64,000 nt of DNA from Anaerolineaceae bacterium (GTDB taxonomy: Bacteria > Chloroflexota > Anaerolineae > Aggregatilineales > Phototrophicaceae). Below are positions 39,071-49,070 of this stretch, piece after piece. The position numbers and the translations under genes are program-made. The notes under the pieces are model-generated. The model searched no databases, was not told where the DNA came from, and was given only the letters and a program-made list of their open reading frames with translations. The stretch spans positions 19,765 through 83,764 of the forward strand of contig WGMX01000003.1 of the NCBI GenBank assembly GCA_016124855.1, in the 5' to 3' direction. Within the stretch, counting starts at the first letter, position 1. Each line of letters begins with the position of its first letter.

Positions 39071-39099
39071 GCCTCCTATCCTGCAAATAGATAGGAGGC
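39071..39099 (+). terminator. Hairpin downstream of amt
   Basis: gcctcctatc / gataggaggc stem. Confidence 0.55.
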
Positions 39100-39278
39100 T
39101 CTCTCGACAAATATCCGCTTCTCACAGTCAGCAAAATGGATTGCTAGGCTGTGTAGTCGGCGGACTTTTTGATTCTCAAATGTGTAAATATGGGCTGTTC
39201 CCCTTTACTTTGGGTATAAGAAACACCGCTTTGGGCTTAGAATAAAATAATATCGAATAACCATTTGTCGGTGTTATC

Positions 39279-39824
39279 TTGGAAAAGTCATCAAAGCCCA
39301 AAGAAAAAGATGCTGTTCCTTATTTACTTTGGGCAACTGAATATGCATTTGTTTCGCCATATAGTGTGGATGAATGTATTACCCAATTGAACGTCCTCAA
39401 AGCAAAGTACCAAAAAAACTACATACCATTCTGGTCAGGTATGAGTTTTGATTTTCAAGGGATAGTAGATAATGGCGGGATCGTTCAATTCGAGATAGAA
39501 GTGAGTGCATCCAAGCAAATCATCGAGATCAAATCAATGGGGCAATTAATTTATAAAGACTATCACAGGACACTCGTGAGAATACAAACAGGGATTACCC
39601 GAAAATCAGCTCTGTGGGATCTAATAATAAATGTCATTTTATGTATGATATTTGCCTTAGCTTATAGGTCAATTGGTGCTCTTTTCGTTGCAATTTCTGT
39701 AAGCGCCATTACCCATTTGATCACACACACCATATTTACTATAGCTCGTTCTGATATACGCGCTTCTGTTTACGAGGCACTTTCAGCACCGAAAGCACCT
39801 CGCCCTCAAACACTTCCACCGTAG
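39279..39824 (+). CDS. Hypothetical membrane protein, tandem paralogue 1
   Basis: 181 aa, TTG start, two C-terminal TMs; alignable with 39840-40385. Confidence 0.7.
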   Translation: MEKSSKPKEKDAVPYLLWATEYAFVSPYSVDECITQLNVLKAKYQKNYIPFWSGMSFDFQGIVDNGGIVQFEIEVSASKQIIEIKSMGQLIYKDYHRTLVRIQTGITRKSALWDLIINVILCMIFALAYRSIGALFVAISVSAITHLITHTIFTIARSDIRASVYEALSAPKAPRPQTLPP

Positions 39825-39839
39825 AAAAGGATTCCCATT

Positions 39840-40385
39840 TTGGAGACTTTAGCCAAACCCAAAGCAAAGACTTCCCCATCTCAACTTGTTTGGACAACAG
39901 ATTATGAACTGGTTTCGCCCTACTCGATTGAGGAATGTATCAGTCAGTTAAACACACTGAGGGAAAAATACCGTTTTAAGCGACCTCCGTTTTTTAACTT
40001 ATCTGGATTTAACTTCGATCAGATGATTGATAACGGCGGAATTGTCTATTTTGGAATCCTTGCCGAGACTGGGAGATTGGGAATTAATGGAAAAGCTATA
40101 GGGCAACTGATTTACCAAAGTGAAAACAACACTTTGATTAAAGTTCATATCGGCCTCACCAAATGGTCTGTCACACCCTATTTGATTACTATGGGGGTAC
40201 TCAATATTATATTTGTATTAGGTTATGATCCCAGAATAGCAGTTCCAGGACTTTTACTCTTCAATGCAATTTTTCTAGCCATACAAATCTCGAATTGCAC
40301 CGCATTAAAACCTGAATTACACCAAACAATATGCGAGGCACTTGCTATACCTAAAGCACCTCGCCCACAAACCCTGCCGCCTTAA
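39840..40385 (+). CDS. Hypothetical membrane protein, tandem paralogue 2
   Basis: 181 aa, TTG start; shares VSPYSxxECIxQLN, DNGGIV, GQLIY and EAL..PKAPRPQTLPP. Confidence 0.7.
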   Translation: METLAKPKAKTSPSQLVWTTDYELVSPYSIEECISQLNTLREKYRFKRPPFFNLSGFNFDQMIDNGGIVYFGILAETGRLGINGKAIGQLIYQSENNTLIKVHIGLTKWSVTPYLITMGVLNIIFVLGYDPRIAVPGLLLFNAIFLAIQISNCTALKPELHQTICEALAIPKAPRPQTLPP

Positions 40386-40390
40386 ATAAC

Positions 40391-41098
40391 CTACGCCTTA
40401 ACCTTGGCTTTGGCTGCTTTCTCCATTTTGCGATCAACCATTTTTTGAATATAGGGAATGGCATCCGGGGTTTTACAGTTGGTCAGACCATGATCGACCT
40501 TCACCTTGCCGATGCGTTCGGCCGCTGCCACGGCCTGCGCCTGTAACGCCGGATTACGTGCGCCGATGGCGATCAGAGCGTTGTTCATGGCATGGCGGGT
40601 GCGGTTCGGCGCATCTTTGATGTCGCGCTCAATGACCTTTAGCCAATGTTCGAAGTACGAATCGGGCAGCGTTTCATCATGCGATGCGATCTCACCCATG
40701 ATATTCCAACCAGTATGGCTAATCCACTCTTTATCCGATTGCAGCCACGCTTCGGCCTTCTCTTTCGCCAGCGGTGTCTTGGCAACATAACCGCCTAAGG
40801 CATCGCTCATGACGTAATTGTTCAAAGACTGCACCCATTCTTCCAATTCTGATGAATCAGCCTTCGCCGGATCAGCCGCCATCAATGCCAAAATTTTGGC
40901 ATCATGTACGTTGCTGTTCCACAAATCAAGCGCGATCATATGGTTAGTCTTGAGCTTCTTTTGAAATTTACCCAAATCCGCATAACTCACGCCGTAGACA
41001 TCGCCTGTTACCCCATGCCGACCAAGTGTCTTGCGGGTTTGTTCTGTGCCTAAATTATCTAGCTCCGACAGAATGACCTTAGCATTTGATACGTCCAT
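40391..41098 (-). CDS. DNA alkylation repair protein (AlkD-like HEAT repeat)
   Basis: YGVS...LW.S...DAKILA; RHAMNNALIAIG, GKVKVDHGLTNCKTPDA. Confidence 0.82.
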   Translation of the reverse strand: MDVSNAKVILSELDNLGTEQTRKTLGRHGVTGDVYGVSYADLGKFQKKLKTNHMIALDLWNSNVHDAKILALMAADPAKADSSELEEWVQSLNNYVMSDALGGYVAKTPLAKEKAEAWLQSDKEWISHTGWNIMGEIASHDETLPDSYFEHWLKVIERDIKDAPNRTRHAMNNALIAIGARNPALQAQAVAAAERIGKVKVDHGLTNCKTPDAIPYIQKMVDRKMEKAAKAKVKA

Positions 41099-41356
41099 GA
41101 GCTGCCCTCCAAACTTCATCTTTCATCGCATTGTATATGGATTTTTGTTCTAGTGCAACCGATACCATCAGGCATGAAACACCTTTAAAATGACCTCAAA
41201 CCACTTTCAAACGCGGTATCAACTACCGGCGTTCATTTCCTCCCTCAAAACCGTTGGTAAACTGGTCAAGAAAGAGTTACATTTTGGTAACCCATTCCCA
41301 CTCTTTTTCTGCTATCCTGTACTTATGGCTCTGTATTTCTCTGCTTTCTCTGTGTC

Positions 41357-41403
41357 TGCTCCCTTGCCCTGTTGCTACGGGGAAAGGGTTGGGGTTAGGG
41401 GTA
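41357..41403 (-). repeat. REP-like dispersed element, copy 2
   Basis: Reverse complement of 4575-4621 with 2 mismatches. Confidence 0.85.
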
Positions 41404-41629
41404 TTGCTTTTGCATTTTCGGCGGATTACTCCCGCGTAATCGCTGCAACGACACCGCCAATTGCGACTCGGCGGACACAGGGGAACATGCCGCTGCACTT
41501 GCGCCATTTCAGTGGCATTAGCCGGGCCAACCGCCGTGCAAAAATGTCAATTCAGCGGACTTACGGCAGCTTTCCACCTGTCATTTCGGCGGGAAATATG
41601 CGAAATTTGCGAATGATGCGAATGATTTG

Positions 41630-42250
41630 TTATCCAAACGTAAATGGTTGACGAAGCACCGTCTTGAGCTTTTCTGGTGCGGATTTTCGCGGATCGCCCA
41701 CATAGATTTCATGGTGCTTACCCGTTGGCACGCCGCCACGTTTCGCGATATAAGCATGAACCCGCTCGATGTTCGGCATCTCAGCACTGTACGGGCCGAT
41801 ATGCATGATTTGCGCGGCTCGCCCTTCATCGAGCATCTCGAAACGGCAGTTGGGTAAAAGTTCAGGATTTTTCTTACGCCGCACAACCTCTACAGCCGAG
41901 TCATAAAACTCACGCGTAATTTGCTCCGGCTGCATAATCATCAATGTCCATTTCCAGTCGCTCCGGTCGCTGACTGTGGGATCAACCGGCTTCAAACCCT
42001 CAACCCACCATAATCCCTCGGTCGGCATCACTCCGTAATCGATGCCTAACTGCTCTTTACTGGCGAACTTGAGCGTATATGACAGCGCATATAAGACTTC
42101 TACCCGTGGTTGAAACTCAGCCTGATTATTCGGATCCCCAATGCCATCAACCATGATGTAATTCATCGGTGGCACTACCACTTCCGACACCGTTTTAGAC
42201 GGCGGGTTATATAAATCCTTGTATGTTTTCTTGAGATCAAGCTTGATCAT
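41630..42250 (-). CDS. GyrI-like small-molecule-binding protein
   Basis: KLDLKK..K.LY.P, GDPN, EGLWW, WKWTLMIMQP, HIGPY, HHEIY.GDPR. Confidence 0.88.
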   Translation of the reverse strand: MIKLDLKKTYKDLYNPPSKTVSEVVVPPMNYIMVDGIGDPNNQAEFQPRVEVLYALSYTLKFASKEQLGIDYGVMPTEGLWWVEGLKPVDPTVSDRSDWKWTLMIMQPEQITREFYDSAVEVVRRKKNPELLPNCRFEMLDEGRAAQIMHIGPYSAEMPNIERVHAYIAKRGGVPTGKHHEIYVGDPRKSAPEKLKTVLRQPFTFG

Positions 42251-43079
42251 TTGACAGCGCCTTTTCTACTGGCCATTGAATTTCCACAATCGGATCACTA
42301 TCCACACCTTGTGGTTTCAAATAGACCTCGCGCGACGCGCCTGCAATCCGGTAGCCGTTGGCCTCAATCCACTTACCGAGGGCTTGGTAGGTTTCAGTTA
42401 GGCTATCATAACTGCCAACATGCACCACACAGGCTGCCGAAGAAATGGATGGCATATCACCAACCACAAATACCCGACCATCAGTTAAAGCGATATCCCC
42501 TGTCACGGACGCAGCAACCGGAATCGCGACCTCCACATCCATCTCCGTCAGCTTGAATTCCTCGTCATGATAGGTGGCTTGGGGAGCGGCTGCGGGTTGA
42601 ATTCCCTGCTGTGCCAGCGCTCCAAATCCTTCGTTGAGCAGCTTTCCTACGTAAGTGGGTGACGGGATAATCTCGCGAATCGAAATGACATGGATCGAAT
42701 CGATGGTTTTGAGGATCACTTCTTGCTTGGGCATTTTGCCTTCCTTTTCTATTCCGCGGAGGCGTGCGGCCACCCTCGCTAAACGGGCAAGTTCATCATC
42801 GACTTGCTGTTGAATCTTGGCCTGCTGCAAGCGGAACATACCTCGCATCTCGTCCGCCGAAACAGTCTCGTTCAGCAGTCGTGCAATTTCTTCCAGCGAT
42901 AAGCCCATATCTTTGAGCGCCAGTATCCGGTTCAGTCGGGGTAGTTGATCCAGTTCGTAATAGCGGAAGCCGGTGAAACGGTCGATATAAGCCGGCACAA
43001 GCAGCCCCAAATCCGCGTAGTAGCGCAGCGCCGACACCGGAACCTGACAAATCTTAGAAAAATCACCGATTTTGAACAT
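42237..43079 (-). CDS. MerR-family regulator with GyrI-like effector domain (BmrR/BltR-like)
   Basis: FKIGDFSK...ALRYY...GLL.P...TGFRYY; C-terminal HVGSY, SREVY. Confidence 0.92.
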   Translation of the reverse strand: MFKIGDFSKICQVPVSALRYYADLGLLVPAYIDRFTGFRYYELDQLPRLNRILALKDMGLSLEEIARLLNETVSADEMRGMFRLQQAKIQQQVDDELARLARVAARLRGIEKEGKMPKQEVILKTIDSIHVISIREIIPSPTYVGKLLNEGFGALAQQGIQPAAAPQATYHDEEFKLTEMDVEVAIPVAASVTGDIALTDGRVFVVGDMPSISSAACVVHVGSYDSLTETYQALGKWIEANGYRIAGASREVYLKPQGVDSDPIVEIQWPVEKALSNDQA

Positions 43080-43116
43080 AAACCGCCTTGGACCAACATT
43101 AGTTATACGTATAGCT

Positions 43117-43147
43117 AGTGTGCCATCTCAAGCGGCTTGAGAGTCAA
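43117..43147 (-). promoter_or_regulatory. MerR-type promoter/operator (TTGACT-19 bp-CACACT with a dyad in the spacer)
   Basis: Dyad tctcaagc-g-gcttgaga (43126-43142) adjoining -35 TTGACT; the 19-bp spacer is typical of MerR targets. Confidence 0.75.
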
Positions 43148-43231
43148 GTATGAAATTGGTTTGTCGGTGGTGGCCTTCAAAACAGAATCGCATTAGAGTA
43201 AGAGGGTATTGATGTGTAGAGGGAGCAAACC

Positions 43232-44740
43232 ATGCGACATTCCAATAAAATCGTTCTAAAAATATGTTTCTTATTGCTATTTTTGTTTAGTTTAAGCGCC
43301 GTCACATCTGCCCAAGGTACGACTGACAACACGCCAACACTTACTTACAGTGTGGCTTCAACCGGTGAAATCAGCGATAGTGCTTTCTCGCAAACATGGA
43401 CATTAACAACGGCCTCCGCCGACCGCATTAGTGTGCATGTCGAACGCACAGAAGGTAATTTACTCCCCACTGTTTCGATCTTGGATGCGACAGACAAGGC
43501 AATTTCGCAAAGCAATATTGATCAAACCGGGGCAGCTGCCGACATTGAAAACTTCAAGCTGCCTAGCGCCGGTACGTATAAAGTATTCGTGCAGCGGGTG
43601 AACGCTGACAAAGGGAGCAGTACGGGAAAATACAGCATTCTGATTTCCCCACTGGCAACCGCTGAAGATAACCCGAATAACACAGTTGTATTGGGAGATG
43701 TGGAATATAACAAGGCAATAAACGGGGAAATCACCTCGACACAGTGGTATCAACGGTACAGTTTCAACGCTAATGGTCAGGACGTGGTTCGTATCAGCGC
43801 CAAACGCACAAGTGGAACGCTCTACCCCGAAATCGAGGTCTTAGATGCCAACGGTGCATCGCTCAACAAAGGCTATACCGATGATACAGGCGGCAGCGCG
43901 ACCCTTGAAAAAGTAAGACTCCCGAACGCCGGACAATATACAATTGTCGTGACCCGTGCCAACCGTTTCAACGGGGCAACGACAGGCACTTACCAACTGG
44001 ATGTGACATTGGTTGGTGCAGGCGAGGATAACCCGATGTTAGCCGCTGCACCGGGAACCGTGACCTACGACACCGAACTCAAAGGCTCGATTAATGCCCT
44101 CTGGTATCAAGATTGGACGCTCAAGACCGACTCAGCCGATCTCATTACCATCAGTGTCACACGAAGCAGCGGCGACCTCATTCCACAAATCTTGCTGCTG
44201 GGTGGCAGCGGTCAAGAAGTGAGCCGTGCAAATCCCAGCCCAACCGGTGATAGTGCCACGCTCCGGCGTTACCAACTCCGTACAGCAGGCACGTTCACTA
44301 TTCGTATCTGGCGGATACAAGGCAAAAATGGAGTAACCAGCGGCGACTACAGCCTAAAAGTCGAGTTAGTTGGCTCCGGCGAAGGCAGTTCAAATCTGGC
44401 CGACAAAGGCAGTACGATTGAGAGTGGGCAGCCCCAAACTGGAACACTGACAGGCGTGCGTTGGTTAGAAACCTATACTTACAAAGGAACTCAGGGAGAC
44501 AAAATTGATATTGTCGTTAACCGGACAGAAGGTACGCTCATTCCACGCATTGAGATTCAGGATAGCAATGGCCAACGCCTCCGTTCGAGCGCCCTCGGCG
44601 ACAACCGCGACTCGGCCTCTATCGTAAGCTATACCTTACCGGGGAACGCCGATTACAAGATTGTCGTCACGCGCGATGGTGGACAAACCGGTTATACAAC
44701 AGGTGGCTACAGCGTCAGCGTCTCGCCAGCCGCCAAATAG
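43232..44740 (+). CDS. Exported protein of four PPC-like (pre-peptidase C-terminal) domains, paralogue 1
   Basis: Signal peptide; four repeats of R..G.L.P...ILD...LP..G.Y. Confidence 0.78.
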   Translation: MRHSNKIVLKICFLLLFLFSLSAVTSAQGTTDNTPTLTYSVASTGEISDSAFSQTWTLTTASADRISVHVERTEGNLLPTVSILDATDKAISQSNIDQTGAAADIENFKLPSAGTYKVFVQRVNADKGSSTGKYSILISPLATAEDNPNNTVVLGDVEYNKAINGEITSTQWYQRYSFNANGQDVVRISAKRTSGTLYPEIEVLDANGASLNKGYTDDTGGSATLEKVRLPNAGQYTIVVTRANRFNGATTGTYQLDVTLVGAGEDNPMLAAAPGTVTYDTELKGSINALWYQDWTLKTDSADLITISVTRSSGDLIPQILLLGGSGQEVSRANPSPTGDSATLRRYQLRTAGTFTIRIWRIQGKNGVTSGDYSLKVELVGSGEGSSNLADKGSTIESGQPQTGTLTGVRWLETYTYKGTQGDKIDIVVNRTEGTLIPRIEIQDSNGQRLRSSALGDNRDSASIVSYTLPGNADYKIVVTRDGGQTGYTTGGYSVSVSPAAK

Positions 44741-44822
44741 AATGATATTCATTTGTTCATGCACGTTCTGGCAAATTGGATTTAAAGTCATACAGACTCT
44801 ATTTAATAAGGTGGAGACTCTC

Positions 44823-46367
44823 ATGCATAGCACGAATCGACGTTTTCTCACTCTTGCCCTTGTTATGTTATTTGTTTTAAGTCTTTCATCAGCGGCTTTC
44901 GCCCAAGATGCGACCGCCGAGGCAACTCCGGAGACCGCTACAGCGCCAGTTGACCTAAATCTGACCTACAGTGTTACAGCCAACGGCGAAATTTCCAACA
45001 GCACCGTTTCGCAAACATGGACTCTGACGACCGCTTCGGCTGACCGGCTTAACGTTCGGGTGGAACGTACCGGCGGCAACCTGCTGCCCGATGTTGCTAT
45101 TCTGGACGCCTCGGATCAACAGCTTGCTACCAGCTATGGCAGCGATCAAACCGGCGCAGCCGCCCAGATTGACAATTACACACTCCCCAACGCGGGCACC
45201 TACAAAGTTTTGGTGCAGCGTGTCGGGGGTGCTACAGGAGTGACGCAAGGTACATATACGATTACAGTCACCCCGCGCGCAACCGCAGATAATAACCCCA
45301 ACAACACCGTATCACTCGGCGACATCACCGCTGGCACACCGGTCAATGGTGAACTGACAGGTACACAGTGGTATCAACGTTATACATTTACAGCGGCGGG
45401 CGAAGATGTTATCCGTGTGATGGGCAAGCGTACCAGCGGAACACTCTTCCCTGAAGTTGAAATTCTGGATTCTAACGGCACATCGTTGAGTGTCGGTTAC
45501 ACCGACTATACCAATGGCGACATAGCGCAAATTAATGCGTTCTCGCTGCCACAGGCGGGAACCTACACCATCGCTATGACACGCGCCCAACGCTTCAACG
45601 GCGAGACAGCGGGTACGTATGAACTTAATGTGACACTGCTCGGCGCAGGTGAAAGCAATCCGCTGCTGTCAGCGCCCAAAGGTGATGTCACGTATGATAC
45701 GGCGCTCACAGGGGACATCGGTGCACAGTGGTATCAAGATTGGAAGTTGACCACGACGGCGGGAGATGTTTTGACGATTACAGCCGTACGCACCAGCGGC
45801 AACCTGCAACCGGAAGTCATTTTGCTCGGTGGCAGTGGTCAAGAAGTGACACATGGCTATACCGCTAATACCGGTGACACCGCAACCATCCAGCGCTATT
45901 CCCTCTCCGGCCCCGGTAACTATGTCGTCCGTGTCAGCCGCGCACAGGGCAAGACGGGTTATTCTAACGGCTCATATAGTTTAATGGTCACACTGGTTGG
46001 GTCCGGTAAAGACAGTCCCACCCTCAAAGAAAGCAGTGGCGCGATAGAGAACACCCAGACTCAAACCGGAAACATCACCGGTGCAAAGTGGTCGAATACG
46101 TGGACGTATCAAGGCACAAAAGGTCAGGTCATTAACATTACAGTTGCCCGTACAAGTGATACATTGATCCCGCACGTGGATATTCAGGACAGCAACGGGC
46201 AAGTTTTGACTTCCGGATATCCCAATGACAGCCGTGACGGGGCGGAAATCAAGAACTATACTTTACCGGGAACAGGGGAATTCAAGATTGTTGTCTATCG
46301 TGATGGCAACGAAACGGGCTACACCACAGGCGGATATTCACTAAAGGTTGAACCACCCGCACAGTGA
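44823..46367 (+). CDS. Exported protein of four PPC-like domains, paralogue 2
   Basis: RBS ggag, ATG 44823; signal peptide; collinear with the upstream gene (SQTWTLTTASADR, QWYQRY, WYQDW, TGYTTGGYS). Confidence 0.78.
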   Translation: MHSTNRRFLTLALVMLFVLSLSSAAFAQDATAEATPETATAPVDLNLTYSVTANGEISNSTVSQTWTLTTASADRLNVRVERTGGNLLPDVAILDASDQQLATSYGSDQTGAAAQIDNYTLPNAGTYKVLVQRVGGATGVTQGTYTITVTPRATADNNPNNTVSLGDITAGTPVNGELTGTQWYQRYTFTAAGEDVIRVMGKRTSGTLFPEVEILDSNGTSLSVGYTDYTNGDIAQINAFSLPQAGTYTIAMTRAQRFNGETAGTYELNVTLLGAGESNPLLSAPKGDVTYDTALTGDIGAQWYQDWKLTTTAGDVLTITAVRTSGNLQPEVILLGGSGQEVTHGYTANTGDTATIQRYSLSGPGNYVVRVSRAQGKTGYSNGSYSLMVTLVGSGKDSPTLKESSGAIENTQTQTGNITGAKWSNTWTYQGTKGQVINITVARTSDTLIPHVDIQDSNGQVLTSGYPNDSRDGAEIKNYTLPGTGEFKIVVYRDGNETGYTTGGYSLKVEPPAQ

Positions 46368-46394
46368 CCACCAGCGACTTGGTAAAATAAGCAC

Positions 46395-46424
46395 AAGGGC
46401 GTATCATCAGGTACGCCCTTTTTC
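46395..46424 (+). terminator. Rho-independent terminator
   Basis: aagggcgta...tacgccctt followed by a T-run. Confidence 0.75.
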
Positions 46425-46445
46425 ATTTATTTGAGGCCGTACATC

Positions 46446-47159
46446 ATGACCACCATCATCTTTGGCGGGACAGCCGCCTATCACCTCAAACTCCATGACC
46501 ACGCTCAAGTCGGTGAACGCCGGATTATTGATACCCCTTATGGCGCATCATCGCCATTTATCTATTTGACATCTGATACTCGAAGCGCATGGTTTAGTTC
46601 GCGGCATGGTGAAGATGGCTTGCAACGAACGGCGGCCTTCGTCAACCATCGGGCAAACTTGTGGGCAGCACGAGAATTGGGTGCGACAGGCATCCTGTCA
46701 TGGAATGGTGTGGGAGCGATTGCGGCGGGATTAGCTGTCGGGCAAATGGTTGTGCCGGATGATTTACTCGACATGACACGGGCGCGAGTCGCCAGTTTTG
46801 ATTTGCCCGATCAGGTAACACCTTCGGGATTACCCTTTGCTTCTGAACTTCGGCAGCGATTAGTCGAAGTCAGCCAATCACAGGGATTTGTTTGCGCCTC
46901 ACACGGGACTTACGTTTGTACCGAAGGGCCGCGCCTCGAAACCGCCGCTGAAATCGCCATGTACGGTTGGGGTGGCGCAGCCATCGTGGGTATGACTCTC
47001 TCGCCCGAAGTATGGCTGGCAGCCGAACTCGGTATTCCTTATGCTTCGCTGTGCATCATTACTAACATGGCGACTGGACGTTGGACATTTGACTCACGCC
47101 GCGATTTTGGCCCCGGTGTCGGTGTCAAAGGCTTACAGGTCACATTGGCAGCGGCATAA
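46446..47159 (+). CDS. MTAP/PNP-family nucleoside phosphorylase (Asn-type, probably 6-oxopurine/MTI-specific)
   Basis: TPYG, SRHG, VNHRANLWA, EGPRLETAAE, VGMT..PE, ITNMA. Confidence 0.8.
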   Translation: MTTIIFGGTAAYHLKLHDHAQVGERRIIDTPYGASSPFIYLTSDTRSAWFSSRHGEDGLQRTAAFVNHRANLWAARELGATGILSWNGVGAIAAGLAVGQMVVPDDLLDMTRARVASFDLPDQVTPSGLPFASELRQRLVEVSQSQGFVCASHGTYVCTEGPRLETAAEIAMYGWGGAAIVGMTLSPEVWLAAELGIPYASLCIITNMATGRWTFDSRRDFGPGVGVKGLQVTLAAA

Positions 47160-47180
47160 ATAACACAACAGGATATATGA

Positions 47181-47567
47181 ATGACCGATTACAAGGAAAT
47201 TTGGCATACATTAATTGAGGATACCAGTAAGTCATGGGTCGTTTTTGAAAACGGCACCTGCGTCATCTTAATGCAGCCCAGCGCTGACCTCTCACAACAA
47301 GCTAAAACCTTACTTTCGGAGTACATCAGCACGACAGCATCCAGCGAATTTTCTGTATTAGAGTTGGATGTTGTGTCCGGTTGGGTAATCGGTTGGCAGC
47401 ATCCCGACATTCTCAATTTTGTCGCACCATATGAACTATTCGAGGGTTTGCCCAAAGATATGCAGGCTGGACTTGTTGGACGCCAGCACCGCAATGACGA
47501 TGCAGAACAGCTAAAAATCGTGTATATCCATGCCCCTCAAACCACCAACAGTCCCCATGACATATAA
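47181..47567 (+). CDS. Hypothetical protein
   Basis: 128-aa ORF with RBS; KSWVVFENGTCV and HPDIL look like conserved motifs. Confidence 0.6.
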   Translation: MTDYKEIWHTLIEDTSKSWVVFENGTCVILMQPSADLSQQAKTLLSEYISTTASSEFSVLELDVVSGWVIGWQHPDILNFVAPYELFEGLPKDMQAGLVGRQHRNDDAEQLKIVYIHAPQTTNSPHDI

Positions 47568-47606
47568 AAAGGACGAGGCATACGAACCCCGTCCTTATAC
47601 AAATGC

Positions 47607-48995
47607 CTAAGCTGGCACAGCAGTCTTTTCCACTTTGCGCAGTTTGACTTTAACCTCAATGCCGTTAGCAGGTCGCACCGTTACCAACTGCTTAGGCACA
47701 ATATTCTGCCCTGCTACAAGTGATAAATCTGCCTGCTGCACCATCGTCGCTAAAACCAGACGCGCTTCCATCAACGCAAAACTGTTGCCGATGCACACGC
47801 GCGGCCCTGCTCCGAACGGCAGGTAACCGTAACGCGGGATGTTCTTCTCATTTTCCGGCGAGAAACGTTCTGGATCGAAAACTTCTGGATTCGGGAACAC
47901 TTTCGGATTATGGTGCATTCCATACATGCTCAGGGTTAACAAGGCCCCTTTAGGTATCGTGTAGCCACCCAAATGGAGATCATGAATGGGTTCACGCCCC
48001 GCTGAAGCAGCGGGCGGATACAAACGCAGTGACTCTTTGATAACCATCTCGGCATATTTCAGCTTACCAAGATCAGCCATCGTTGCCGGACGGTCGCCCA
48101 AAGCCGCATCTACTTCAGCCTTCAAACGCGCCATAACGTCAGGATGTTCCATTAGTAGATACCATGTCCACGTCAGATTCATAGCGGTTGTTTCATGGCC
48201 TGCGAGGAAAATAGTCATTAGTTCATCACGAAGCTGCTTGTCGTCCATAGTGCTGCCGTCATCATCCCGCGCTTGCAAAAGCATTGAAAGCAGATCGCCT
48301 TTATCCTCACCGGACTGCCGCCGTTCATCAATAAAGCGCTGAATAATCACATCCAACTCAGCGATGTCTCGGTGCATTTGACGTGTCTTGGCCGTAGGCA
48401 CCCAATCCGGAATCTGGAAAGCTGCATTCAAGCGATCATTCGATGCCTCCAAAATGCGCGTCAGCAAATCACCAACGTGGTCGGCATCGCCCGAAACATC
48501 CGCATCAAACAACGTCTTAGCCACGATGTTCAACGTCAGCTTCATCATTTCGCGGTCAAGCCGCCGTGTCTCGCCTGTACGCCAGCCCGCCAGCATACGC
48601 CGCGCATAATCCACCATCACATTAGCATAGGCTTCAATCCGCTTAGAATGAAAAGCAGGCTGCGCTAACTTGCGCTGCTTTTTCCAGAAGTCACCCTCGT
48701 TTGTCAGCAAACCATTGCCCAAAAACGGCCCAAGCGCATACTTGATGAGCTTAATCTTGTAGAACTCTTCGGGACGCTCCACAAGAATTTCGTGCATCAA
48801 GTCGGGATCGGTAATCATATAAAATGTCACCCAACCAAACTTGGTGTAATTGAAATCCCCGAATTGTGCCTGAGAATCTTTAGCAAATTGAAGCAGGTCG
48901 AACTCGACGCCAGACAAGACTGTACGCAGGGTTTCAATAACGCCTGTACGTACGCCCGGTGGATACATGATGGTCATAATATTACCTTGTCGCAT
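47607..48995 (-). CDS. Cytochrome P450
   Basis: AGHETT, ESLRLYPP, PERF, FGAGPRVCIG. Confidence 0.95.
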   Translation of the reverse strand: MRQGNIMTIMYPPGVRTGVIETLRTVLSGVEFDLLQFAKDSQAQFGDFNYTKFGWVTFYMITDPDLMHEILVERPEEFYKIKLIKYALGPFLGNGLLTNEGDFWKKQRKLAQPAFHSKRIEAYANVMVDYARRMLAGWRTGETRRLDREMMKLTLNIVAKTLFDADVSGDADHVGDLLTRILEASNDRLNAAFQIPDWVPTAKTRQMHRDIAELDVIIQRFIDERRQSGEDKGDLLSMLLQARDDDGSTMDDKQLRDELMTIFLAGHETTAMNLTWTWYLLMEHPDVMARLKAEVDAALGDRPATMADLGKLKYAEMVIKESLRLYPPAASAGREPIHDLHLGGYTIPKGALLTLSMYGMHHNPKVFPNPEVFDPERFSPENEKNIPRYGYLPFGAGPRVCIGNSFALMEARLVLATMVQQADLSLVAGQNIVPKQLVTVRPANGIEVKVKLRKVEKTAVPA

Positions 48996-49070
48996 TTCTT
49001 TCTTTTGTATACCAATTAGCTACATGTTAAAATATTCACAATCGCGCGTCAACTTATCAGAAATGATGCT

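Noticed and set aside
41139-41150. LexA box (GAAC-N4-GTTC) upstream of the alkylation repair gene
   Set aside because: The minus strand reads GAAC-AAAA-ATCC, with two mismatches in one half-site; too weak.
41190-41651. 153-aa ORF (and the related 4372-4632 ORF) sharing PCCYGxRVGVRG
   Set aside because: The shared peptide is just the translation of the REP-like element.
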